A stretch of DNA of 64,000 bases from a virus (lineage: Duplodnaviria > Caudoviricetes). Positions 47,857-58,045 of this stretch are shown here, piece by piece. The first letter of the stretch is position 1. The number at the start of each line of letters is the position of its first letter. Under the pieces are notes generated by a model, which was given only the letters and a program-made list of their open reading frames with translations, had not been told where the DNA came from and ran no database searches. Where the stretch lies: IMG/VR virus record IMGVR_UViG_3300027804_000038, positions 128,001-192,000 of that record, one strand, 5' to 3'. The translations under genes and the position numbers were made by a program.

Positions 47857-50022
47857 ATGGCACTAGGTTTTCAAGACTGTTGTAATACATCTAATTATTT
47901 TTATTTAAACGGAATACCTGCTACGGTATCCGAGTTTGAAGTTTATTATATTGAAACAACTCAGGGAGAAAATTTCTGTGCAACATATGTTAATGTACCA
48001 ACATTAAATTACCAACCACCTACTTATGACTTACTTGTGATGACACAACAAACTGATTGTGAAACATGTACAGATAGTTATAGTTGCCCATCTGAGGAAA
48101 CAATATTTTTAAATCAGTTTGGTGCAGGGTCTGTGGCAACAGGAACTGATTGTTATATTAAAACAATTTTTCCTATGTATGTTGAGTGTTCCTCAAGCAA
48201 CCCAACCGCACTCAATTTATATGACGGACAGGTTTCTATTTATGTAACTGGCGGAACAACACCTTATGTATTTTATAGTGGTAACACAAATCAAGTTATT
48301 GGTCCAAATACATTACCAATATCAAATGTGTTTTCAGTATTTCCTAATGCAACTCAAGGAACATATAGTATAAGAGTTGTTGATAAATATGGTGATTTTA
48401 CACAGACAATTGATTGTACTTTAGATGCCGCACCAGCAATATTAAGTGCGTATTGTGCATCAATTTCAGTATCTGCGTTTGGGGCTAACAATGGACAATT
48501 AAATGTACAAGCTTTTGGAGGAGTACCTCCATACACATACATATACACAGGTACAAGTACTAATTTACCTGTTACAGGATTAACTGCAGGTACTTATTCT
48601 TTAACTATAAATGATTCAGGTGAAGGAGAAGATTTACAAACATTCACTATAGATTGTGAAGTGGGTACTCCTGATAGAATTGATTATCCTGATAATTTAT
48701 GTTTAGAAATTAATGTTTGCGGAACAAACTTTAATTTAAGTTTCACGGCTAATGGAGAATACAACTATGTTACACAATATACCCTTACAAATCCATCAGT
48801 AATTGCTATAACAGGAATGACATTATACAATGGACCACAAGGATGGGTAACAAGTATTGAAACACTAACAGGTACCCCACAATTTGTAACTTATTGTGGT
48901 CTTGATTTTACAACTCCACAAGTGTTCTTTAAATCTACAACACCAAATGATGTACAACCAATAGGTGTTTGGGATGGATATGGTATATTCTTTAATAATA
49001 CCGCTAACGTAGTTCCTGGAGAATGTACTAACCAATCAAGCGGGGGAGGAACCCCAATAGTATTACCTACGGTATCAACAATTAATATTACAAATGCGAC
49101 ATGTACAAATAATGTTGGTAATGTTACTTTATTGGCTAATGGTGGTTCTGGTGCTCCATATACATACTATTTGAATAATTCTCTACAGAGTGGACCGACA
49201 ATTTCTAATTTATTACCAGGAAACTATTCGGCTTATGTTATAGATGTTAATGGAAACCAAAGTCAGACTATAACATTCACAATAACACAGCAACAACCAT
49301 CGGTTATCTCTATGAATTTAAATACTGCTATTGATAGTGCTAATGTTATTACTGATGGACCGTACACTGTAAATGGTGCGGGTGGACCGTACACTAATTG
49401 TTATTATACATATCGACCTATGACTGTTACTGCGACAATTACAGGTATCCCTGCAGGACAAACAGTTACAGGATATTTTGTGATTAAAACAAAGATTCAG
49501 GGAGCGTTTACTGATGGATTTACTCAAACGGTATGGCAAGGAGGAGGTTCATCTAACATGACCATTACAGGGTATAGAATAAACGGTTCGTCTCAATTTA
49601 TTCCATCTTCAACCTTAATTAGTGATGATACATTAATTAGACCAAATGGAATAAACCCATCTTTCTTATTAACACAAGAAAGCCAAACATGTGTATCAAA
49701 ACAAACAAGGAAAACTATAAAATCAAACACTCTTAATAGTATTACTTTAAATAATAGTAGTGTTATTGAGTTTGATTTATTAATGGAGTCACAATTTAGA
49801 CCCGAAGGTAACCAACCTTCTCACGGAGTAGACTCAAATATAAATGGATGTACCCCAGGTTCCGCAGTTCAATTTGAAATTGAGTTCATTAAAACATCTC
49901 CAAACATAAACTGTTATAATTTTGTATTTAACAATAATTTGACACCATATATTAGAAGTTCAAAACAAAAAGGACCACAAACATATTTGGGGCCAATAAG
50001 TACTTCATTAATTATAAGCTAA
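47857..50022 (+). CDS. virion adhesin: Cys-rich N-terminal module plus SprB repeats (721 aa)
   Basis: FQDCC...CETCTDSYSC; repeats NNGQLNVQAFGGVPPYTY, YDGQVSIYVTGGTTPY, ATCTNNVGNVTLLANGGSGAPYTY. Confidence 0.65.
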   Translation: MALGFQDCCNTSNYFYLNGIPATVSEFEVYYIETTQGENFCATYVNVPTLNYQPPTYDLLVMTQQTDCETCTDSYSCPSEETIFLNQFGAGSVATGTDCYIKTIFPMYVECSSSNPTALNLYDGQVSIYVTGGTTPYVFYSGNTNQVIGPNTLPISNVFSVFPNATQGTYSIRVVDKYGDFTQTIDCTLDAAPAILSAYCASISVSAFGANNGQLNVQAFGGVPPYTYIYTGTSTNLPVTGLTAGTYSLTINDSGEGEDLQTFTIDCEVGTPDRIDYPDNLCLEINVCGTNFNLSFTANGEYNYVTQYTLTNPSVIAITGMTLYNGPQGWVTSIETLTGTPQFVTYCGLDFTTPQVFFKSTTPNDVQPIGVWDGYGIFFNNTANVVPGECTNQSSGGGTPIVLPTVSTINITNATCTNNVGNVTLLANGGSGAPYTYYLNNSLQSGPTISNLLPGNYSAYVIDVNGNQSQTITFTITQQQPSVISMNLNTAIDSANVITDGPYTVNGAGGPYTNCYYTYRPMTVTATITGIPAGQTVTGYFVIKTKIQGAFTDGFTQTVWQGGGSSNMTITGYRINGSSQFIPSSTLISDDTLIRPNGINPSFLLTQESQTCVSKQTRKTIKSNTLNSITLNNSSVIEFDLLMESQFRPEGNQPSHGVDSNINGCTPGSAVQFEIEFIKTSPNINCYNFVFNNNLTPYIRSSKQKGPQTYLGPISTSLIIS

Positions 50023-50038
50023 AGATATTTACTAAATA

Positions 50039-52231
50039 ATGGGATATATAATAAAAGATAATCAGGGTTTAGTTGTTACAAGATTAACTGATGTAGGAAG
50101 AAGAAAAATTTCACAAGGGTCTTTTAACATAAGCTATTTCCAAATAGGGGATAGTGAAGTTAATTACACATCTATACCAAATTATAATCAAAATGATTCT
50201 ATGGTGTTAGAACCACCATATAACGCCCACAATAATACAGGAGTACCACAATCTACTAAAAACGATATCAAATATCCTTTTTATTTACAAGGTACATCAG
50301 GAATAACTTATGGAATACCATACCAAGCTTCAAATATTGATGAGGTATATAATACATCTGCGCCTTCAGGATTTTTCTCTGCAAACACTTCTTGTTACCC
50401 TCCACTAAAAAGTTCTGCTTATACCTATAATTCAGAGTATCAGGCGGATATATTAACTGGAGGTTTTAATGGTGGCACGTCAATAGTAACAGTATTTAGT
50501 AATCCTTGTTCAGATTCATCAACAGGCACTATTTCTGCAGGTACTTATGTTACAATTTTTATGGATGGTGATTCTGGTGACCAATGTGGATGTTTCCAAT
50601 CTTGTTTTCCAATATTAACATATCAAGTATTATCATGGAATTCAGGTACATTACAAGTTGCTTTAGATAGAGAACTACCTGATTTGGTGTCGTTGGGATA
50701 TTCAGGGTTTGTTAGATTATTTTTCTATCCTAGTGGAATGACAGGGTACGACTTGTCAACACCGATGAATTATTGGAGTAATAGTGTAATTAATTATGAA
50801 TCAATATGTACACCTGAGGATGGTATAGTTAAGATATGGAACATGAATATTCCTTGGTCTGAAAGTCCAGCGGGTATTAATCCTATACAGAACTATACTT
50901 ACGATTATTTTAATTCAAAAGATTATATTGGGACTAAAGAATATTACGGTTATATGTCATCTTCAGGACAAACCGATACCTCTGCGGTTACTTATTATAA
51001 TTCATATGGTGAACAAATTATTGTGTCACCTGAAGAACAAAAAACGATTGCTATTGTTCATTATACTAATAATACAATTATTAATTTTTATGGTGAAAAA
51101 TTCGCAACCGAAGCTTATGATTCATCTAACCCTGGACAAACAGGTCAGGCAAGAAATTTTAAAATAACAATGCCATGGTTAAATTGGCATAAAAATACAG
51201 AGTGTTGCTCAGGAACCACATTTTATATTGACCCACCAGGATTTGATGGGTTTGATTTATTGACTCCTTATTATATAAAGTCGTCAAAAAATACGGATAT
51301 GAATAATCCTGGTATAAGATATTATCATTTATACGATACCAACGAAGCATATAATGATGGACCTCCAAACAGAGTAGGTAAAGTTTTCCCTGACGATAAA
51401 ATTATAATATTTGATGATGAAGAAATTGTTGCTGCAATGTCGTATGTCTCAAATAGAAATTTCACATTACCTGCGCCTAGATTAGGGCTTATAACACCTG
51501 GAGTTTGTGACGGTAGTTCCGATGGATTATTAGACAATGACTCAGAATGTGTTTGGATTACTTATGGATTTGAAGGTGATTGGCAAGGTATGCATTGTAA
51601 CTACTACCAAAAAATAGTAGGACCTACTTCTGGATGCTCAACTGATGAGAAAAATGTTACAGTTTCATTCGGAGGAGATTTCCAATGTATGACCACTGGA
51701 AATACATATGGATGGGGAGGAAATGGATTTTTCATATTGGCTCAAAAAACAAGTAGTTCACAAAATAGACCATCTTCAACAGGATGGATTAAAATAGACT
51801 ATACTACTCACCTTGATAATAATGGTTATGTAGATTCTAATGGATACATAATACCTGAAGGATTAACGGCATTAACATTTACAGTAAGTCAAACAGACTA
51901 TAATAATGGTACTTCATATTTGTTAGACTCACAAATTAGTTTACCTGCAATAGGACAACCTGATTTGTTAAATTTTGGAGATGAATATTTCTTTTACGGT
52001 ACGATAGAAACTGACATTGAGGCAACAATATATGAAATGAGATATTTGATTAATTTACCAAATAATCAATTTGTAAATAGCTCAAATCCAAGTTGGAGTA
52101 ATACATATACACCATACATGTCTGAAATAGGTTTATATGACACTGATAAAAATTTATTAGTTTTAGCTAAATTACAATCACCACAAGCAAGACAAGGTAT
52201 ACAACAAGTTGTCATTAAATTAGATTTTTAA
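50039..52231 (+). CDS. tail-collar/fibre-attachment-like baseplate protein (730 aa)
   Basis: N-terminal RLTDVGRRKISQG.F.ISYFQIGDSEVNY and C-terminal YMSEIGLYDTDKNLLVLAKLQSP resemble tail-collar fibre (DUF3751-like) motifs. Preceded by TATTTACT. Confidence 0.55.
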   Translation: MGYIIKDNQGLVVTRLTDVGRRKISQGSFNISYFQIGDSEVNYTSIPNYNQNDSMVLEPPYNAHNNTGVPQSTKNDIKYPFYLQGTSGITYGIPYQASNIDEVYNTSAPSGFFSANTSCYPPLKSSAYTYNSEYQADILTGGFNGGTSIVTVFSNPCSDSSTGTISAGTYVTIFMDGDSGDQCGCFQSCFPILTYQVLSWNSGTLQVALDRELPDLVSLGYSGFVRLFFYPSGMTGYDLSTPMNYWSNSVINYESICTPEDGIVKIWNMNIPWSESPAGINPIQNYTYDYFNSKDYIGTKEYYGYMSSSGQTDTSAVTYYNSYGEQIIVSPEEQKTIAIVHYTNNTIINFYGEKFATEAYDSSNPGQTGQARNFKITMPWLNWHKNTECCSGTTFYIDPPGFDGFDLLTPYYIKSSKNTDMNNPGIRYYHLYDTNEAYNDGPPNRVGKVFPDDKIIIFDDEEIVAAMSYVSNRNFTLPAPRLGLITPGVCDGSSDGLLDNDSECVWITYGFEGDWQGMHCNYYQKIVGPTSGCSTDEKNVTVSFGGDFQCMTTGNTYGWGGNGFFILAQKTSSSQNRPSSTGWIKIDYTTHLDNNGYVDSNGYIIPEGLTALTFTVSQTDYNNGTSYLLDSQISLPAIGQPDLLNFGDEYFFYGTIETDIEATIYEMRYLINLPNNQFVNSSNPSWSNTYTPYMSEIGLYDTDKNLLVLAKLQSPQARQGIQQVVIKLDF

Positions 52232-52269
52232 TTTACAAAACTTATTACTTTATTAAGATTAATTTACTT

Positions 52270-52860
52270 ATGGCAAAAAGCATTAAAAATTCGCCCAAAA
52301 TTTTGGGATTAGACGTGTCAACAAAGACAATAGGATGGGCACTTTTTGATATGTCCTCAAAAGACTTATTGGAATTAACTCACATATCCCCAAGACCAAA
52401 GCCAGTTCCTGAAAATAAAATGGAGGAGTTACTAATGAAATCTGGAATATTCAGAAAAAAATTGGAGGAATATAAAGGTCTTGGAATAATTAAATGTGTT
52501 ATTGAGGAACCATTATTAAACTCTAATAACGCTTACACTATTGGAACTCTTTTAAGGTATAATACTCTTATTAGTAAAGAAGTTTATGATGTGTTAGGTG
52601 TTGTACCTGAATATGTATCAACATACGAATCAAGAAAAAGAGCGTTTCCTGAATTAGTTCAAAAAAATGAAAAAGGTAAATTTGTTTTGTTCGGAGGATA
52701 TCCTAAAGACTGTGATAAGAAACAAATAGTTTGGGAACTTGTTGCGAAAAGAGAACCACAAATTCAATGGTTGTTCACTAGAAATAATACACTAAAAAAA
52801 GAAAATTTTGATATGTCAGATTCTTACACAGTTGTATTGAGTTATCTGAATAGTATATAA
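52270..52860 (+). CDS. ruvC: RuvC-like Holliday junction resolvase
   Basis: KILGLDVSTKTIGWA, VIEEP, FDMSDSY acidic triad of the RNase H fold. Confidence 0.75.
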   Translation: MAKSIKNSPKILGLDVSTKTIGWALFDMSSKDLLELTHISPRPKPVPENKMEELLMKSGIFRKKLEEYKGLGIIKCVIEEPLLNSNNAYTIGTLLRYNTLISKEVYDVLGVVPEYVSTYESRKRAFPELVQKNEKGKFVLFGGYPKDCDKKQIVWELVAKREPQIQWLFTRNNTLKKENFDMSDSYTVVLSYLNSI

Positions 52861-52888
52861 ATTATAATTTGATTTATTTTTTTTACTC

Positions 52889-52913
52889 AGGGGGTGATTT
52901 TCACCCTTTTTTT
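52889..52913 (+). terminator. rho-independent terminator at the convergent ruvC / adhesin junction
   Basis: GGGTGA-TTT-TCACCC followed by T7. Confidence 0.75.
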
Positions 52914-55656
52914 ATTCCTGACACGGTAGTAATCTAACAATACCGTTAGCCTTTAATGACGAGTAAGTTGAGAAATTACCAACAGCAATTACTCTATTTT
53001 GATTGTCAGAAATTAAACCTTGTGAATTTGAATTAAATCCACTTGTTGTTAAGAATTGGTTAACTAATAATCCGTCTTGAGTTATTTTAAATATTCCGTT
53101 AGTTGTTGTTCCATTATAATTTGATAATGCGAATGGTACAATAAATACTAAATTACCATCTGCGGTTTCAGTACTATCATACGCATATGCTGTAACTGAA
53201 AGACCAGTTCCTGCATTAGTATTAAATGTTGAATTTAAGGTTCCTGTTAAAGATAATTTAATGATACCTCTTGCAACTGAAGAACCATTATATGTTGTAA
53301 ACGTACCTGTTATAAATAAATTATTATTTGATTCTAAAATAGAACGAGTCGTACCATTAAACCCTGTACCATATACAAAGGTACCATCAATTGCTCCATT
53401 ACTCGTTAATTTAACTATCCTATTTGCAGAAACACCATTATATGTTGTAAAGCTACCTGTAACAACAATACTATCATCTGATAGTACTACTAAATTATTT
53501 GGTATTAAATTGAATCCTGAACCTAAAGGATTAAACGTAGAATCAAAACTACCATCAGTATTTAATCTACAAATTTTACCAACCGAGTTACCGTCAAATT
53601 GAGTTAAATATCCTATACAAATCAATTTACCGTCTGATTGTTTTTTAATTGATATTATAACACCATTTGGACCAGTTCCGTAGTTAAATGTGGTATCTAA
53701 ACTACCGTCAGTATTTAATCTACAAAAATTAGGAACAGATACTCCACTATAATAATCAAAATAACCTGAACAAACTAACTTACCATTAGATTGCTCCGTG
53801 AAGCCTAAAGGTCTCATCAATAAAAATGTTGCTCCACTAAAACCAACTTCAGTATTGAATGTTTTATCGTATACACCGTCTTTACTAATTCTAATTAAAC
53901 CATTTCCTATTGAATTAGAGTATCCTGAAAATGCTCCAAAAACATAATAATTATTATAAATACTTGATTCATAAACACCTAATGTTGATTGTGACCCTGA
54001 AGGTAAAAATCCTTCACCTGAAACAAAACTAAAATCAATACCAACCATTTGACATGAACTTGTAGATGGGGTTAATGTTATTGTCGGAGTTATAGTCGGA
54101 GTAACAGTTGGAGTTGGTGTTGGAGTTTGAGATGCAACTGGCACACAGAACCTACATTCAAACAAATTACCACTATCTATTGATTGTAATATTGATGTTG
54201 CGGGACTGAAAACATCACTATCATATGTAACACAAGTTGATTTACCATTTATAGTTGCTAAAAATGTGGAACCAGTATTATAAGGTAGTGGTTCAGATAT
54301 AATATATTTAAACCCATTAGAACAGTCAGTTAATTGTTTATTAAAGTTACTTGAGAAAATAGACTCAAATGTTCTAAATTCAACAGTATCAACAATCGAA
54401 CAATTTTTAGACGCATTTGTTGGAGTAGGAGTAGGGGTTGAAGTTAAGAATGGGAAGTAAAATGTTGAACCTGACACATCTACTGATTTACCATAACAAA
54501 CTTGAGTAGATGTTGGTGTTGGAGTTATTGTTGATGTTGGAGTTAATGTTGGGGTAGGTGTTGGAGTAGTTCCTGAAGTAACACTACAATCAAAAGATGC
54601 ATTAAAATTAAAAGTTAAACATTCATCAGTAGTTGTTGGTGTCGGTGTAGGACAGAAAGGACCAAAAATAGAACTATCTAAGTCAGGACATAATGAGCTC
54701 GAATTTGTTGGTCCAAATAAAAAGCATTCGCCACCCACACAATCAGATAGACACCATCTAGTGTCTCCTGTATTATAATATATAAAATATGGTAAAATTC
54801 CTGAAGGATTGTGAAATACGTCATAACCATCATAACCACCATAGTTATAATATGTCCCATCATATTTAGTAGTACTACTAAAATTTGTAAACAGACAGAA
54901 ACTATTATATGTACATCCAGTCCATGGTGTTGACGTAGGACTTGGTGTTATTGTTGGTGTAATACTTGGTGTAGGTGTAGGTGTACAGTCAGGTGATGGT
55001 AGTGAAGTTTTAGTTATTGTTGGAGTTGGAGTATTTGTTGGAGTTATACTAGGGGTTGCGGTTATTGTTGGTGTGTTAGTTGGAGTTATAGTATTTGTTG
55101 GGGTTATACTTGGTGTTGGAGTATTTGTCCTTGTTGGTGTATTTGTTGGTGTTAAACTAGGTGTTGAGGTTATAGTTGCGGTTATACTTGGAGTCGGAGT
55201 TATAGTTGCAGTTATACTTGGAGTCGGAGTTATAGTTGAGGTATTTGTTGGAGTTTGTGTTTGGGTTGTTGTTGGAGTCGGAGTTTGGGTTGAAGTAATT
55301 GTTGGGGTTTGAGTTGTAGTTGGTGTTGAAGTAATTGTTGGAGTTGGACTCTTTGTAGGTGTAGGTGTTGGAGCTGGAGTTGCCGAAGGAGTTTGAGTAG
55401 GACCTGGCACGCAAGGATAAACTGCGGTACAAGAAGCACAAGATGCATATGAGGTAGTGTCCGCACTATATAAATTGTATACAGTTACTCCTGATGTAAA
55501 ACCAGTTGCAATTGTTTGAGAACAACCTGTGTACTTATCTGTTACTAAATAGTATGTTAAACCTGTTGTAAAAGTATTAGGCGGTGACACCGTTTGAATT
55601 TGAAACGTGTCTCCGTAACAACATCCTGAAAATCTATACCAAATTATCGAGCTCAA
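52912..55656 (-). CDS. adhesin-like protein: Cys-rich module, mucin-like Pro/Thr linkers, C-terminal delta-60-repeat beta-propeller (914 aa, TTG start)
   Basis: [10 protein letters not shown]...[13 protein letters not shown] and about 7 similar blades (52915-54000); long TPTPT tracts. Confidence 0.75.
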   Translation of the reverse strand: MSSIIWYRFSGCCYGDTFQIQTVSPPNTFTTGLTYYLVTDKYTGCSQTIATGFTSGVTVYNLYSADTTSYASCASCTAVYPCVPGPTQTPSATPAPTPTPTKSPTPTITSTPTTTQTPTITSTQTPTPTTTQTQTPTNTSTITPTPSITATITPTPSITATITSTPSLTPTNTPTRTNTPTPSITPTNTITPTNTPTITATPSITPTNTPTPTITKTSLPSPDCTPTPTPSITPTITPSPTSTPWTGCTYNSFCLFTNFSSTTKYDGTYYNYGGYDGYDVFHNPSGILPYFIYYNTGDTRWCLSDCVGGECFLFGPTNSSSLCPDLDSSIFGPFCPTPTPTTTDECLTFNFNASFDCSVTSGTTPTPTPTLTPTSTITPTPTSTQVCYGKSVDVSGSTFYFPFLTSTPTPTPTNASKNCSIVDTVEFRTFESIFSSNFNKQLTDCSNGFKYIISEPLPYNTGSTFLATINGKSTCVTYDSDVFSPATSILQSIDSGNLFECRFCVPVASQTPTPTPTVTPTITPTITLTPSTSSCQMVGIDFSFVSGEGFLPSGSQSTLGVYESSIYNNYYVFGAFSGYSNSIGNGLIRISKDGVYDKTFNTEVGFSGATFLLMRPLGFTEQSNGKLVCSGYFDYYSGVSVPNFCRLNTDGSLDTTFNYGTGPNGVIISIKKQSDGKLICIGYLTQFDGNSVGKICRLNTDGSFDSTFNPLGSGFNLIPNNLVVLSDDSIVVTGSFTTYNGVSANRIVKLTSNGAIDGTFVYGTGFNGTTRSILESNNNLFITGTFTTYNGSSVARGIIKLSLTGTLNSTFNTNAGTGLSVTAYAYDSTETADGNLVFIVPFALSNYNGTTTNGIFKITQDGLLVNQFLTTSGFNSNSQGLISDNQNRVIAVGNFSTYSSLKANGIVRLLPCQE
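55169..55238 (-). repeat. near-perfect 30-bp tandem repeat encoding [10 protein letters not shown]
   Basis: TATAGTTGC(G/A)GTTATACTTGGAGTCGGAGT at 55171 and 55201, with a partial third copy. Confidence 0.85.
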
Positions 55657-55657
55657 A

Positions 55658-55882
55658 TTAAGTTACTGTAAAACAATTAGTTATTTCACACCCATCGTTA
55701 TCAACTATCCTTACACAATATCCTTTTAAATCTTGAATAGGGTATGGTACGTTGAAACTATAAGGTAATTCTGCTGACGTAATAACACCCATATAATAAC
55801 AAGGTGTCCCACCTGTTAAACATAAATATAACTCATATGGAGTTGAACCTGTAATATTACTAACTGTTACTGAAGTCGGCAT
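55658..55882 (-). CDS. standalone ~72-aa SprB/Ig-like module
   Basis: [18 protein letters not shown]...PCYY...LPYSFNVP...VRIVDNDGC, a paralog of 47589..47816. Confidence 0.75.
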   Translation of the reverse strand: MPTSVTVSNITGSTPYELYLCLTGGTPCYYMGVITSAELPYSFNVPYPIQDLKGYCVRIVDNDGCEITNCFTVT

Positions 55883-55885
55883 ACC

Positions 55886-55893
55886 TATAAATA
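55886..55893 (-). promoter_or_regulatory. putative late promoter TATTTATA on the minus strand
   Basis: Plus-strand TATAAATA reads TATTTATA on the - strand, 3 nt before the ATG of 55658..55882. Confidence 0.6.
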
Positions 55894-55918
55894 TAAAAGT
55901 CTTGAAAAGTTTGTGAAG

Positions 55919-55949
55919 TTTGATTTAATTAAGTTTTTTATTATATTTT
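55919..55949 (+). promoter_or_regulatory. early/middle promoter for primase (divergent from the late promoter)
   Basis: TTTG(55919-22)-N19-TATATTTT(55942-49); ATG at 55955. Confidence 0.5.
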
Positions 55950-55954
55950 AGTTT

Positions 55955-56851
55955 ATGGAAGAAAATGAAGTATTAGTTGACATGTTAAGGGAACTATTCG
56001 GAAAGGATAAAAATTACTATGCTTCAAAAGGACAAATTTCGTTTAATTGTCCATATTGTGATGAGGGTAAGAACAAAGGAAATTTAGAAATTAATATTAA
56101 CGAACACGTATATAAATGTTGGGCGTGCTCTGATTATAATGGTACCCACGGTGTTTTAGGTAAATTAATAGATATTTTTGGTACAAAAAAACAAAGAAAA
56201 ATATACGATGTATTCAAGCCTGAAGAATACAAAGTTAGAGAAAAACATAAACCAAAGATTAAATTACCTAAAGAATTTATTTCATTTAAAAACGTAAACC
56301 CATTACATATACCACACAAAGAGGCTGTTAATTATTTGAAAAAACGTGGAATAACTGATGAGATAATAGAAAAATATAATATAGGATTTGCAACTGAAGG
56401 TGAATATGCTGGAAGAATAATAGTACCATCTTATGATAAAGAAGATGAATTAAATTATTTTGTTTCTAGAGCTTGGTTTAAAACTAAAAATAAGTATAAG
56501 AATCCTGAATACCCTAAAGAAACTATAATATTTAATGAAAAATTAATAGATTGGACTAAACCAATTTATTTATGTGAAGGTGTGTTCGATGGATTCTTCA
56601 CCCCAAATCCAGTGATTTTACTTGGTAAAATATTGTCTGATTTGCTTTTTGAGACAATATATACTAATGCTCAATCTGACGTTATAATTTGTTTAGATGC
56701 GGACGCTTGGAAAGATGCTCAAAGCCTTTATAACAAATTAAATGGAGGTAAACTAAGGGGTAAAATTAAAATATTAAAGTTACCAAAAAATACAGATGTT
56801 GCCGAACTTATGGGTAAAATTGATGATTTTTATTATCAAATGAATTATTAA
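55955..56851 (+). CDS. dnaG: DNA primase (Zn finger plus TOPRIM)
   Basis: FNCPYCD...YKCWAC, YLKKRGI, GRIIVPSYD, YLCEGVFD, ICLDADA. Confidence 0.88.
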   Translation: MEENEVLVDMLRELFGKDKNYYASKGQISFNCPYCDEGKNKGNLEININEHVYKCWACSDYNGTHGVLGKLIDIFGTKKQRKIYDVFKPEEYKVREKHKPKIKLPKEFISFKNVNPLHIPHKEAVNYLKKRGITDEIIEKYNIGFATEGEYAGRIIVPSYDKEDELNYFVSRAWFKTKNKYKNPEYPKETIIFNEKLIDWTKPIYLCEGVFDGFFTPNPVILLGKILSDLLFETIYTNAQSDVIICLDADAWKDAQSLYNKLNGGKLRGKIKILKLPKNTDVAELMGKIDDFYYQMNY

Positions 56852-57159
56852 TGGATTTACAAAAATTAAAACTCTCAAGTATACGTAGAACTCAAAAAAT
56901 ATCAGAATCTAAAAAAAACAAGATTAAATTAAGTATTCTGAAAAAAGGGTTTGATTATAATAAAGGATATATTACCGTAGATAGAAAAAATATAATTATT
57001 AATGGTAATCATAGACACCAGTCTTTAATTGAGATTTACGGAAAAGAACATGAGATATTTGTAAAAAAAACAAAATTAAGTAGAAAAACATATTATCTAA
57101 TAGTATGCTCAATAATAATAATAGTTTTTTACTTTTTATTTAATATATTAAAAAAATAA
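56851..57159 (+). CDS. ParB/Sulfiredoxin-like domain with C-terminal transmembrane helix
   Basis: SILKKGF...YITVDRKNIIINGNHRHQSL (ParB-N I-D/N-G-x-H-R motif); YYLIVCSIIIIVFYFLFNIL then KK. Confidence 0.55.
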   Translation: MDLQKLKLSSIRRTQKISESKKNKIKLSILKKGFDYNKGYITVDRKNIIINGNHRHQSLIEIYGKEHEIFVKKTKLSRKTYYLIVCSIIIIVFYFLFNILKK

Positions 57160-57160
57160 T

Positions 57161-58015
57161 ATGGAACTAAAACAAATTGCATTAGAAATAAGAGAAATTA
57201 TATCTAATAAACAAAAAGAACTTGAATTATCTTTTATTGAAGATACTCATACATATTTTATGAAAGATACTGATGGGGTTGTTAAAAACTCATTTCCATC
57301 AGTGTCAAAAGTACTTAAAAAATTCTATCCCGAATTCCCAACTGATGAGGCTGCTGAAAAAAAATCAAAAGGTGACCCTGTAGTAAAACAACAATTAATT
57401 GAAGAATGGGCAGCGGCTGGAGACTACTCAACAAATATGGGAAGTAGAGTCCATTATTTTTTAGAAAAAAAAGTCGTTGAAAATAATGGAAGTTATAAAG
57501 AAGTTAGACAACCAATTTTTGATTGTGATTTTACACAAATTTTAAAAGGTGACAGTATGATTAGTGCTGGTAACAAGTATCTAAAATTAATGGAAGATAG
57601 AAATGTGGTATTATTAGATACTGAAATGGTATTAGGTCATCCTATTTTAGGTTATACAGGACAACCCGATAAAGTTTGGTTAGTTGTAAATAAAAAGGGG
57701 GATGAATTCGGGATATTAATAACCGACTGGAAAACAAATAAACCTAAAAACTTTTTGTCAAACAGTTTTACAAAACCAATGTTCAAACCTTTTGAAAACT
57801 ATCCAAATACTGCATTAGGACACTATTATGTACAATTACCATTATATGGTAAATTACTAATTGAAATGTTAAAAGGTTCTAAATATGAAAATATTAGACT
57901 ATATGGATGTATTGTTGTTTTGTTAAGAGAAGATTCTGAATTTGAAGAATTTAGAGTCCCACAAAATGTTATTGATATAGTACTTGATATGGATATTAAA
58001 GAATACCTTACTTGA
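57161..58015 (+). CDS. PD-(D/E)XK exonuclease (RecB/Cas4-like)
   Basis: FPSVSKVL, GSRVH, TEMVL, GQPDKV, ITDWKT, QLPLY. Confidence 0.8.
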   Translation: MELKQIALEIREIISNKQKELELSFIEDTHTYFMKDTDGVVKNSFPSVSKVLKKFYPEFPTDEAAEKKSKGDPVVKQQLIEEWAAAGDYSTNMGSRVHYFLEKKVVENNGSYKEVRQPIFDCDFTQILKGDSMISAGNKYLKLMEDRNVVLLDTEMVLGHPILGYTGQPDKVWLVVNKKGDEFGILITDWKTNKPKNFLSNSFTKPMFKPFENYPNTALGHYYVQLPLYGKLLIEMLKGSKYENIRLYGCIVVLLREDSEFEEFRVPQNVIDIVLDMDIKEYLT

Positions 58016-58042
58016 AATAACTAAAATAATTAACTATAATTG
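58011..58042 (+). promoter_or_regulatory. early/middle promoter, probably giving a leaderless mRNA
   Basis: TTGAAA(58012-17)-N17-TATAAT(58035-40), equivalently CTTG-N20-TATAATTG; ATG at 58046. Confidence 0.6.
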
Positions 58043-58045
58043 AAT

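Noticed and set aside
52860-55955. Recombinase-driven invertible (phase-variable) segment
   Set aside because: No inverted repeats seen at the cassette boundaries and no invertase gene in the window.
57161-58015. CRISPR-Cas (Cas4) system
   Set aside because: It is a generic PD-(D/E)XK nuclease without the Cas4 Fe-S cysteines. There are no other cas genes and no repeat-spacer array; the tandem repeats found are coding PT repeats.
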